A stretch of 64,000 nucleotides of DNA, from positions 23,256,401 through 23,320,400 of the forward strand of contig CM120641.1 of assembly GCA_051362555.1 (NCBI GenBank), read 5' to 3'. Below, in pieces: positions 38,554 to 51,500 of the stretch. This stretch comes from Lingula anatina. Lineage: Eukaryota; Animalia; Brachiopoda. How positions within the stretch are numbered: the first letter of the stretch is position 1; each line of letters starts with the position of its first letter. The notes beneath the pieces are model-generated. The model saw nothing but the letters and a program-made list of their open reading frames with translations, was not told the DNA's origin and did no database searches. Made by a program: the position numbers and the translations under genes.

Positions 38554-39139
38554 CCGGCTTGTTCAATGTTGTAAAACCTTCAAAATTTATAGAATTGTTC
38601 TTGGACTGACATTCCAGTTTTTGCAAAAGTGTCTGTCGTATTGTAATGTAGCCTATAGGAAGATATGAAGAGCATTTAGCAATAACGCTATACTCCAAAA
38701 ACGTTCAGGTGTTACAGCCAAGAATCCAGTCGATGTGTGCGTCTATTCTAGATAGTGTTAGCAAAAGTCTTCCAGTGTTCATGTTGTGGTCTCAATCCTG
38801 TCCGCAAACTGACGTATCATGTAAGTTGCTTTTTTGTCACTTATTCTCTTCTGCACAATATAGCTGTATATTTGTCGCCACCCCGATTAATCAATTTCAG
38901 CAATAGTTATTATTTTATTATTTTTTTTACTTATTTATGCTTTCGTGAAGCTTCTGGTGTTCTTTATTGACCTTTGTTGTCACATCCGTGTGTCTTTTCA
39001 TATTCCAAAATAAAAATGAAAAAATAATAATTACAATAAAGGAAGCAGTCCATTTTGAAATATGTCTAAACACCTCAATTGCCAGTATATTGTTGTTTGT
39101 TATAAACGATTTTAATGCTTTATTCCCGTGTTTCTCCAG

Positions 39140-40678
39140 GACATATGTGTGAATGAAGACCAGTTTATGAGCAACTCGGATTTGGGAGAACTGAACCCTG
39201 CTATGGAGGGTAATGGAATTCTTGAGAGAGAATGCCAGCCGTCTGAATGTGGAAACATGTGGACGACATACTTTGGACAGGTGACGCCCACTATGATTGA
39301 CGTCCAAGGTAAAGATAGTCACCCTAGTCACCTTAAAATTGACACCCCACACACACTTCCTGATGTACGCCTTCAGCCCCCATCTGGTTTACCTGACAAA
39401 CTAGGCGACAGAATTGTCTCAGAGGCGTTACGAAGTCACGGAGGTAGCATACGTGGGAATGAGAATACCATGAATACTTCATTATGTGGTGACGAAAAGG
39501 AAGCTTCAAATTCTGTTTCGAAGTGTCGTCACGACATGGGATCGATAGGTATGGAGAACGACAACACGCGGACTGCGCTAGCTAACTCGGTTGAAGCAAG
39601 TGCCGAATCGCTTGAAGATGTTTTATTTTCTTTGTCCGAAGACAAATCGATTGTGTCCCCATCCCCATCCCCAGACATTGTGATTAACGGCGCAGATGGA
39701 AAGACACAAATAAAAGTATCTTTTACTGAAATGTCACTGCAATCTGGATACATCGCTCAAAGTAGAAGGCAAAGATCCTTCCAAACCAACTTTCACAAAA
39801 GAAAACACGAAGTTAAGGATGAAAAGAGAAAACCAACGAGTCTAAAAGACATAAATCAAATTAAAGATGAAAATCATTGTGCCGTAAACGATAATCATAT
39901 TTCTGGGGAAAGAAAAAAGCGAAAGTTACCTGTCGTCTCTACGCCCAACGGTGAGAGTGCGTTGGCGTCAAGTGAAGCGTCTTCAACGACAGCTAAAAAA
40001 CGATCAAGCGCTGAAGTAAATATTGCTGAGGATCAAAGTACAGAGCACATGACTTCTAATTCCGCACAAATAAATCAACTCGAAACTTACAAGAACGCCG
40101 ATTCCAAGCGCCAGACAATTCCTGCTAGTGATTTGTCTGTTTCCAAGAGAAACTCTCGCTACATTTTTACTCAGGTCCAAGATGAAGGTGAATATCCAAA
40201 ACCCAAGTCAAAAATCAACAGGTTGTCCGGCAGTAAGAGCTCTCATGGGGCGAAGGAGAGACGCTCGACCCAATCGGCAGAAACCAAGGTCGCATCGAGA
40301 CACATGGGCATGATTTCAATACCGAACCCTTCTATTAAAAAGCATAGACGTCACTCTCTTCACACAGCCCTCGACCCTATCGTCGAGAACCCGGCTGACA
40401 TGAACGAGCCGAGTATGCCGTCCATACGGAGCAGCCCGAACCTGACGGAGGCAATAACAGAAATCAGCGTCAATGTCCCACCAACTGCATGGAGCGACAT
40501 TCCTGACGTAAACGAAGAACAAAATGTATCGCCTGGTGACGCTAAAAACCGTTTGATTGACAGACCTGGGCGTTCACCCCGAGTTTTCTCCGAAGAGTTT
40601 TCGTGTGTTGTTCACGAACCCCCGTATGTGGAAGATAACGGCGCACATTCTCAAAACTATGTGACTAGTTGGCACTGA
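39140..40678 (+). CDS. Large terminal exon (512 codons) encoding a Ser/charged disordered region; probably an alternative last exon of TMEM196
   Basis: 1.5 kb open frame in AT-rich DNA, beginning at the strong acceptor gtgtttctccAG|GAC. No recognisable domain. Confidence 0.75.
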   Translation, partial: DICVNEDQFMSNSDLGELNPAMEGNGILERECQPSECGNMWTTYFGQVTPTMIDVQGKDSHPSHLKIDTPHTLPDVRLQPPSGLPDKLGDRIVSEALRSHGGSIRGNENTMNTSLCGDEKEASNSVSKCRHDMGSIGMENDNTRTALANSVEASAESLEDVLFSLSEDKSIVSPSPSPDIVINGADGKTQIKVSFTEMSLQSGYIAQSRRQRSFQTNFHKRKHEVKDEKRKPTSLKDINQIKDENHCAVNDNHISGERKKRKLPVVSTPNGESALASSEASSTTAKKRSSAEVNIAEDQSTEHMTSNSAQINQLETYKNADSKRQTIPASDLSVSKRNSRYIFTQVQDEGEYPKPKSKINRLSGSKSSHGAKERRSTQSAETKVASRHMGMISIPNPSIKKHRRHSLHTALDPIVENPADMNEPSMPSIRSSPNLTEAITEISVNVPPTAWSDIPDVNEEQNVSPGDAKNRLIDRPGRSPRVFSEEFSCVVHEPPYVEDNGAHSQNYVTSWH

Positions 40679-42621
40679 ATTGGAGAAAATGTTATACATT
40701 TTATTAAGATTGGACAGCAGCCCAAAAATGAACAACCTCGTACAATGCATGCTGCAAAAAAAATATCGGACGATTATTAAAAAATATCATTTAGGTATAA
40801 TTAAACTTGTTGGGGTGTTTTACATCTTTGCTATTCGGTATAGCATAGTAAACAGTTACAACAACGTACGTGTGCATTTTGTTTTATTACCAAGAAAAGG
40901 AAATGCATTGGATGAACCTTCTAGTTGTATTTTCTCAAAAAACCCTCCATTTTAATTAACAAAATCGCACATTTGCCCCTGACCCCCACCTGTTACACAA
41001 ATCCCAGCCCTATAAAGTATTGGCCTTTATTTTGCCTCCAGGGTCACTCCTTTCTCGGCCAGGGCTGCCAGCATATAGTGACCAGTAAATATTGCACTAT
41101 ATCCTGGGAGTTATGAATACGACATCCTCCGTGATCAATTCTGACAACCAGTTCAAAACATCGCGACCTTTATCTTGAGCTAGACAAAATTGATATAAAT
41201 TGCTACACCAGAGTGAGCGACTGAGCTTAATTTTGAGGAAATAAGATTTTTTAAATAAATAAATAAATAAATAAATGGATAAATGAAAAATTTAAACAAT
41301 AAATGGCTCGACCCTATATGCAGGGAGTTTATCTCAGAATTGCTATTAAAATCATATTTATATTTAAAGCTACATGAATCTTGTAAAAACTACTGAACAA
41401 AACTTTAATGTGGTAAGTGTAATATTTGTGCAGTAAATTTAAATGAAATTGCATTAAATAATGGTAAATACCATCTGGAAAATCAAAGTTTAAAGTTTGG
41501 TAAATCTTGTTTTAATGATTTAACAGGTAAATGTTAAAATAAGTTCACAATAACAGTTATGCATTTATTGCACAGTGCACAAAATAGGTTTTCTGTTAAT
41601 TTTGATGGAATATTACATAACAGTCTACTGCATAACCACAAGCACTTTTAAATAATGTGATACTGTCAATGTGGGCATTCAGAATACATTATTGACATAG
41701 TGAATCGGGCCAACGGGAGTTCAAAGTTACACCATGAACATGCCAATTTGTGAAAAATGAAAAATTCACAAACAACTCCATAACATGTACACAAAAAAAA
41801 AAGGAAAATTTTAATTGCTCATTCAAATAAAGCAATGCTTTATTAATATGATCTACATTTAGTTATTTTCACCTCATAATGGCACAATGCAATCAAGCAC
41901 TATTCATTAAAGATATCAATTATTTTAGGAATTAACACACCACTTTACTATTTAAATTTTCTATGCATTTTTTCTTCTGCCTGATCCAATAATTTTTCTA
42001 ACACAACAATTCTGAGAAAATACTTTCAGGTCAGATCAAGTAATTATTTAGCATGAGACAATAGAAACAGACCTACAATTACAAAAACATTCACAAACAG
42101 CCTACTATCTTCATGATTTATAAAAACAGTGACTGCCACAGAGACAAGAAGTCAGTTTTGCAAAGAGACGTCTTTTTAATAAGATGTGCATGTTTTAACA
42201 TCCTCTGAAGAAAAAAAAAACACATCTGTCCAGCTGCATGAAAAAATATCCCTTATCAAATACATAAGATGACAGTTCATTTAATTTAAAAAAGAATACC
42301 ATTCCACTATACATCTGACTTAGCTATAATTGCACTTGATGGATTAACTTTTGTATATGTATTGATAGTTCCTTCACAGTATTACAGATAGGTACTCAAT
42401 ACATGCTCATTACTCATTCTCATTTGAATATCATTCTGAGGTCTTTAATCTAAGTCATGCTGGTTTTAATTTCCACAAAGGATTAAGCTTTCCTTCTAGA
42501 CATCATAAGGTTCTCATACTTAGAATTAGCTGCTGCAGTCTGTAAACTGCTGAAACTTGGGCTTCAAATTCAGAAGAAGACGTAGTGGGTGAGAAACAAT
42601 CAATCCTTGCTGCATGGCTGA

Positions 42622-44192
42622 TTACCTCTTGCGCTTGGCAGTTTGTAAATTGGGTGCTGAGACTTTCACTTTCCCAGGCATGTTTCGAGAAAGATCATTA
42701 TCCTGAAAAAAAAAAACATACAAAGCTTCAGTCATCGATTGCTGTAAATCAAACCAGCAAAACCAGAAATCCAAAAACTGTATTCAAAAATATGCGACAT
42801 CTTTGACAGAATGTGCTATCTACCAGGGTACTTAATAAAGCTCTGAAATTGCCAATTTATGAAACATGAAATGCTGATCTCCCTTGGATCAATTCTACTG
42901 CTTCCCTTAATCTATAGCTATAAGATGGAACCAGCTTGCCGCACCAATAGAAATACTAAATTAAGATCTAATCCTTAATGTATCGAGGCAACAAATTAAA
43001 TCTCTTTTGACATTTCAGGACAAAGGACATCTGAGAATCTATTAAACTAGATAACTGGGAAAAAATTTAGTTTGCATTATATTGAACAGCAGGGCTGATA
43101 TACCGATAATGCAATCCAGGGAGCATTCATAATTCTCTCCTTGGAAAGCACACATCTACCTACTTACAACCTTGTCAACATAGAGAAAATGGTGCAATTC
43201 TCAGCGTTATTGATTTTGGATCTGGTGCTCTAGCGACATGTATTCAGCAATATAATTAAACTTGAGCAAGATGTACACAAAGCTGCCACATTGGCTTTAT
43301 ATCCAACTAAATCAGACCTTTGTTCTGATTCAATAAACATGAGAACTACATTAAGGGACTATAAGATATTTTATGTACGGTAATAGATCAGAACACAGAC
43401 TTCAATATGACATTTTCAATCTGCCTGTCACATCCAAGTCCAATAAGTATCAACAGAGGCAGCCACATCACTACATAAATCAATATATAAATCGATGAGT
43501 TTTGCTTAAACTAAAAGCCATATAAGAGATCTACATAAATCAAAGCATAACTGCTGAATATGAAGGTCATGTATGTGTTAAGGCCATTGTCTTCATTCTA
43601 GATATACTGATTGAACTGACAAAGCTAGATTAAGGCGGTGTTACACAGGCCCGAAGGAACCAATTTCCGTGAAATTAATCCTCAGAATATGACAGGAAAC
43701 ACATTGTATCTGATAAAACTGTTAATGTGGCATTAACTATGGGAGAATGTGAGAGTCTTCAAACTTGGCAGTTTCCTGCATTGTGAAAATGATTATGAAC
43801 ACACTCACACATGGTCAACTCCCAATATTGCAGAATGGATAAGAACCAAGAAAATTAGAGAATATGGATTTCAAACTAGCTCTTTTTTAGTAACATAAAT
43901 CTTACATTGACGTCAAACTGGTTACATGATCATAATTATAAGATAATGATATTTCTTAGGACATCCTCCTTTTATTTGTTCAAAGAATAAGGAAAATGAA
44001 GGTGCATGCATCTCTGGCATTTTCAAAATTAACTAGAGCTATCTATAAATACCAATCAAATAAGATTTCTTTTTTCTAGTAGTCAAAAAATCTCACTGCA
44101 AAGTCTGGGGAACTATTTCTTTCAATAAAACAACTAGATATGTAAAAAATTCACTTACATTTTACAAAGTATATATGTCAGCTTTCTCTCTC

Positions 44193-44231
<39 letters not shown>

Positions 44232-47200
44232 ATGCTTGTGTGCATGTGCATGCAATCTTGTGAGTGAATATGAGCATGCAAATTGGTGTCAGCTTCCCTC
44301 TAAGTTTGAAAAAAGAGGAGCATAACAAAAGTGAACAAAATGCACAAAATCCACATTGGCCTTACTTTGACTACTCTCAATAGTTCTCTTTCTCTGGGTG
44401 TTGCTGTTTTCTCATGAAGAAACATATTCAGTGCAGTCTGGACAGCTGCAAAACATGAAACAATTTAGACAGTTATCTTTCATGTTAAGTTCCTCAACAA
44501 AGATAAAAACATTAACATTGCAGTAACTTTCTTGCTAAGATATTTAAAAAGACTTAATCTTTCTACATGGGTAGTCAAAACAAAATCTTATTTTTCAAAG
44601 AAATGAGACAGCATACCTTTTCCTCTTTTTTGTGTGCCTGGTGTCAACTTTACTTTATATCTAAAAAAATGAGAAAAATAATAACCTGCAAAAACCTTAA
44701 AACCTTTAAAATACATTATGTCCACAGAAGGGTTCAAATGAGCACATAATTATTCCTGACAACATTTTGAAAGTGATTTTTTAACTAAAAAACTTTCAAT
44801 GTTTTAAAGCAAGTTCAGAAACCATGCAATGTATTTATCGAGAGGATAATATGGGACCTAGGTTGATTTTCACTGTGAAAGTCAGAATCCATCTTACTTG
44901 TAGTTGACTATGGCAGTGTAAGGAGCACACACAGGGATGGCATAGAGTAGCTCGTCCTCTACCACAGGGCATCCAGTTAAGGTGTCTATAGCGCTCACAT
45001 CCTACAGAACCAATTATGAGATATAACGGTGTAAATTCAATATCAACTTACATCTATGTAAATAAACTGACATTTTCTTTTTCCAAATTAATACAGATGC
45101 TGTTGCGGATAATGGAAGAAAAGGCACAATATGCAATATAACAAAACTGTCTCTAAGAAATCATTTATAATTGTTTGAAATATGACGCAATAATAAAGAG
45201 GCAACTATACATGAAAATACATGTGCTGCAGAGTATCACATACCTCTAATATCTGTACATTTTCCTCTTCAAGCACAGCTTTTTCTTCAGCAGTAACCTA
45301 AAATCAACCAAACACATAATAAACTAGAGGATAACCCAAGAATGCAGACATACACCAAAGAAAAAGGGCCACAAAAAGTCTTGTAAAATTATAAGGAAAC
45401 TAGGATTAAGTAAAAATTGTAAACCTGTGGAAAAAATTTTGAGGTATCTTGTCTATTAACCAACTCCAATGAAAAAACAACACCCAATATAAGCAGAGGT
45501 GACTAATGCATGTTAAACTCTACAAAATGAAAAGATGTACAATATCTGTCTACCTGCTCCTCTTCTTCTAAGGCCTTATGGTGGCGTTTGGCTTGGTCCA
45601 TATCTACATCCAAGAGAAAAGAGAAAAATAAAAATCTATAATCAAAGACAGAATTTTATGTGAAATAAATAATTATAACATGTGTTTAGTTCCATGAATA
45701 TTTCTTAAAATTAAAATGCAATAAACTTAATTACTTCTATCAGATTTGAAATTCATAACAAATCATATTTACTAGTAAAAATGTATCTGTTCTATATGCC
45801 CAATGTCAGACTCATCTTTATTTGAGGTTGAGGTATCGAATTAACCAAAAAGTAACTTAATCAACAATGTAGTTTTCTTTTTTTATCTATTTTTCTTTCT
45901 AACTGCACTTTTCTCTCCTTGGTTCAGTGGTTGTACCAGTCATGTCTAAGGAAGCTTTACAAGTAAAGCTTTCTGAGGTCCCACCTTGTGTGAACTGGGG
46001 GTCTCCCTGAGGCACCTCTAGGTGCTGGTGTTGCTGCTTTATCACTGGCTGCTGCTTCTGGAGCTGTTTTTGTTTCTGTTTGTTCATCTGATGCTGGTGG
46101 CCACCTTTCTTGTCTTTTTTCTTCTCTTCCTTGGGTTCCCCTGCAGACTAGTGGGGGAAAGGAGATCAGTGAAATAAAACAAACATCCCAAACCAATCCT
46201 ATTTAACCTTTGGTAAATAAAATAACATACCTTGAGATGGGAAGCATTCCTTAAAAAAAAAAGAAGATATTGCACATTGAATAAATAATAAATACTTTTT
46301 GATTTGATTTGAAAAAACTATGACCAAGACACCATATAACGTAATACTTTTCAATTTTGATATCATAAGAGTTAACTCTCTACTCACTGCTAATAATTCC
46401 ATTCTTAGTCTCCTTTCCTCCTCATCTTGGTCTTTATACTTTTCCTTGATTTTCTTCATTTTGGCCTGGATATGATCATAGTTTATTAACAACTTATTAA
46501 AAGAATATTTTTTCCAAAACGTTCTAACAAACACATGTGACAAACATCAATCAAAGTAATAAAAGAAATGTAATGTTAAAAATAATGTCTCACTTGAACA
46601 AAACACATTTCAATAACATACTTTTTGCCCTCGTTTAGGCTGTGGGCGCTCCTCTTCTGCTTGCTGTTGCTTTTGTTGTTTATGTCGTTGCTTCTACAAT
46701 TACAATAAAAGATGAGGCACAAATAAAGAAACAATTGATTAAAAAGGCATTTAAGGCATGAAATAATTTGGCAGCATAAAGTTCCTTTTTCATCTTAGAA
46801 AGAAGTGAATTTATCAACTAAAAGCTTTATAATTGCAATCATTTAGAGAATTGAAGAAAAAAAATCACTGAATACATGTTTTCTTCTCAGTTATCAAGTC
46901 GAATTAAACTTACTTCTGACTTCAGAAGGTCATCCATTTCTGCTATTAAACTGTCAGATTCATCTTCCACTGGTGCTTCAGAGGTCTGCTTGGATTTTTT
47001 CTTCAATTCTCTAAAAAATAAAACAAGTGAAATGATAAAAATGGAGCAAGTCACTGCTGCATAAACAATTAAACAAGTCATTACCTTTTAAAAAGAATTA
47101 TATGAGGTAAACACCTAACAGTAATACAATTTAAATCAATTTATCTACCTTCTTTGTTTGGCTGTTAATCTAGAAGATCCCTTCCTCTCCACCTACAAAT

Positions 47201-48528
47201 AAAAAATTCAAGAATTGCTTTCCTTTTTGGGAGGGTAATTTTTGCCAACATCCACTTTATTCAACCAATCTATACTTTCAAGACACTGAATACATTGTCA
47301 AACAAATCAGATAAACTAGTAAAATGTACCTGCTCTATATGCCCAATGTCAGACTCATCTTTATCTGAGGTTGAGCTGCCTCTGCCCTGAGTGGACTGGA
47401 ACCTGGAGAACAATGTATGAATATTACGCATACAAATCATTCAAAGGTTTTATCAATGTCTTTAAAAAATTTAACGACAACAACAAATCTTTTGAGGCTC
47501 ATTCAAATTATTTCATGTTTGTCTTTACCCTAGATTGGTTGACAACTTCTTGTTTGGTTAAAGTATGTCTCATGTAAAACTGTAAAACAGGCGTTCAGAA
47601 TATGGCATAAATCCATGTTGAACAAGAAAACATGCTTAAAAGAAAGAAACACAGCGATCTACTGACTACCACAAAGTCATGTGCTGAGTATGCAAGTTAA
47701 ACTAAACGGGTTTTATCAATACTATAAAACAATGCAACATGCCTCAGTCTTGAATGTTTGAAGCAGTGCCATGTATGTAAAGGCTTTCATTATAGATTAG
47801 CATAGATAGTCACTATTGTACTTTATTATTATTATTATGAGGTCAAAGCCATAAAAATGTGCAAGAACCAATAATTATTATCATAAATTCATACTAACAT
47901 TTCGCCTCTGATATGTTTTAAATCTATCTGTGTGTCAGGATAGGCACTCTCCTCCTCACTGCTGCTACTACTACTACTTTCCTGCCCTAAAGTCTCCGGG
48001 GCAACTCCCTCTGCTTTAAAATTTATCCCATCTGGACTGTTCAGTGCAGGTGCCTCCTTGTCTTGAGAGTCCTCTGATTTCTTTTGGACCCCAGAGTCAC
48101 CCTGTTTTTTTGTCCCTAGTAAAGCCAGTTTCTCACTGCTGGAGTAACAGTCAGTAGTACTAGAGTAACACTCTGTGGTGTCCGATTCCATCATTTCACT
48201 GTCACTGCCATTGTTTAGAGATGCAGTGTCACCGTCAATTGACACCATTGAGTCTGTCATTGATGCCGTGTCCTCGTCGTCTGCACCGTGAGCCTTCCTC
48301 TCCCCCTGGTGGCGATACACAGAACCTTCCTCCAACTGTGGTAGGATATAAAATGTACCTTTTTGTCACTTTTTCCCAATTTTATTGATTCAAGATATTA
48401 AATTTTGTAAAATAAATCTCAAATTTCTATCCCTTTAAGAATATTATTTCATATTCTCTTCTGACTATTGTTGGATAAATTGTTGCCGCATGGTTGTGGT
48501 AGAAATGTCTCAAATTTCTATGTGTTTA

Positions 48529-48560
<32 letters not shown>

Positions 48561-51500
48561 TAAAATTAAAATTCAACATATTAAATCTAATTTCATATTC
48601 TTCAAGGTAATTTTTCTTGGACCATCTTAACCACATTTGCTAAATTTTCATGAGCACAGAACATCATTTCATAACAGTAACTCACCTTGAAGAGAAACCC
48701 AAACCCATATATTAAATAACATGGAGGCACATAGTTCTTCTTTCCTGCAATTAAAACATTACCGGAATCAGTGAAGGTGATTATATTCAAAGCACATATT
48801 TTCCTTTCTATCTCAACTAATTGTAATACATACACTTTGGTAATTTCAAAATTGTGATAAAATACTCTAACTTATATACTTTGTGTAGGCGCCACATAAA
48901 ATATTGAAAGAGAGTTGGGATGTTTACCTCTGATCATAAAGCTCCCGGTGGTCAGGTACTCTCCCGTGGGGGCAGTTTTGGACACCTGGTCATGGTAGAC
49001 CCACCACGCACTAGTGACCACCTTGGCATCCCAGGCAGCACTATTACAAACTGCCATTGTACCAGCCTCGTTCAGTGTCTTAGGGGGGACTGGCTCACCT
49101 GTGCGATAGTTTTATTTGTGAATGTGTGTGTCATCATGGTCATCTACAGTTATCTCTCAATACTGAATTTTTCTTTTTCAGTAACAGGGGTTAATAGTAA
49201 AAGATTAAGGGACAACAAAAAATGACTGTGATACCACATATATTCATGAAAATTTAGCCTGAATGCAATAAACAATCATAACTATCATTGTACTAGGAGT
49301 GTAATATAATATTTATGAATAGCTCAAATATTAAAATTGCATGGAGAATGTAAAATTAATTATAATACATCATTCTTCATTTTCCATTTACAGTTAAGTA
49401 GGAAATATTACAGACAGTGGGTTGGAGTTAGTGCTTACCTGTGGGATTTTTTATAACTACACTACTAGCACCATGTAAATCAGCATGTACATAGATATCA
49501 CCTGAAACAGATTTTAACAGCTGATGATCTATAAAAAATTTAACTAAATTATATACACATTTCATGTCTATGTGTGCATTTATTTATGAGTGTCTTGGAG
49601 GGGAAAATAATAAAACTGATGCTTATTAAGCTAAATCACCTACCAGCTGTTAGATATCTCTTCACCAGCAATTCATTCTGTTGCTGATCACGACCACCTA
49701 TCACCAAATAGTTCTCTGAGCTGATGAAATACAAGAACTTCTCAAACCTGGAAACAAACAATTCAGACTTCAGATTTAGTAAAGCACTTAATTGTGATGG
49801 TGAATATGGGCATTACTAGACAACCATAGGTTAAGGGCTAACTTTTTCTTTCTCTGAATTCAAATTGCAATAAAAATCCAACTCACCACGCTGTCTTGCG
49901 GGTCCTGTTTATACTGGCTAAAGTGGCGACCTCTTTTAAGGTCTGCTTGGTTTTTCTTTCAGCTGATTTTAAAGCCTATTGATAAAGAACAAAACAGAGA
50001 TAGTTGGTTTATAAGACAAAAATGTATGGTGATGCTGGTGAGCATTTGAGCATTGATAAAATAAATAATGCTAATACTGTCTTTGTAACTTCATTGTATG
50101 AACATTCTGTCCCACTGTTGCCAATTCAACTGATAGTGAAAAATGAAGAAATACACTACACTGACCTTTGCAGATGCGTCTATTGTTTTTTGCTCTTTAT
50201 GGGCAGCAAAACGCTTCATATCATAATATCTGAACAAAAAATTGACAAAGTTGGTAATAAAAACAAGATTGGTCATAAAAATGAGATATTAAGTTATGAC
50301 AAAGATAAGGATTTTACAAAATAAACAGGCTTTTATCTTAGGATGTAGTAATAATAATAATAATAATAATAATTAAATGCTAAAAATTTTCATTTAGCTC
50401 TCAAGTATAAAAGCAGTCTTGGTAACAGATAATCAAAGAAAGTTTCAACAAATGATGTACAGATAGCTGTTCATCTGTTCTTACTCACTTCCTAGCATTA
50501 GCATATGCAGTCAGTCCTAAATCTATGTCAACTTTGAGAGGTTTAAGATTCTCACTGCTCTCTTCATCTTCCTCCTCCTCATCACTGTCGGGTATTGCAT
50601 ATGGGTTGCTTGTATTGTGGAAAAATATGCCATACAGTTATACATCCAGTAAGACATTTCAATATGTGCTGATTACAGTTTCATTAACAAATTGATGCAG
50701 AAAAGAACAGAGACTATTATAAAATATTATAAGCAAAAGAACTCTTGAAAAATTGACTCCATTTTTCTCCATTTTTAAGTATAGCTTTTCCTTAAATCAA
50801 AACAAACTTCTTAAAAGAGTCCAGATATTTAAAGAGGGTGCAAACCTAGCCAAACAGAATTTCTCTTACCTCAACAACATGGTAATATGGTTAGTATCCA
50901 GTTTGAGAGCTTTTATTGCTATGGCAACAGGATCTCCCTGAAGTTGTGCCTCCTTGACCAGGTCCTTGATCTCATCCCAGTCTATCTGGTTAGCCACTGC
51001 ACTCTGGACCACCAGGATGGCACGGTCCACCTGGGGCATTGGGAAATGATCAATTTTAAGAAAAACTGGACACAATACTTAATAACATATACCAGACATT
51101 AAATAAAGTAGTGCATAGAAACAGATTCAATGAAGTGTAACGAAGATGCCAGATGAAAGAGTAGAAAAAACCTCAATAGTTCAGCAATTTTCACTTCTTC
51201 ACTATAACAAATATGATGTAAATTTAATGAACTGTTACTGCATGCAAATGCTATGTCTGATGAACACTTGCATACTTTAGAATATTGATATGTTTCATGT
51301 AAAATACTACCTAAATATTATTAAATAATTCTTACTGCTACATAATCTTATGAGAAATATGATCTTTTCTTTACAATACACACACTACATAAAAAACAAT
51401 AAATTACCAAATCTAAATTAATTTCAATAAGTTCAGCTTTCCTAATGTCCTGTTCCTGCTCTTTCTGCAGAGTCTCTAATCTCTTCTCGTGGTCTTTCTT

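Noticed and set aside
38551-38556. Stop-codon readthrough or selenocysteine at TGA stops (TMEM196, bHLH, HEAT gene)
   Set aside because: No TGA-CTA context, SECIS element or conserved-looking downstream frame visible.
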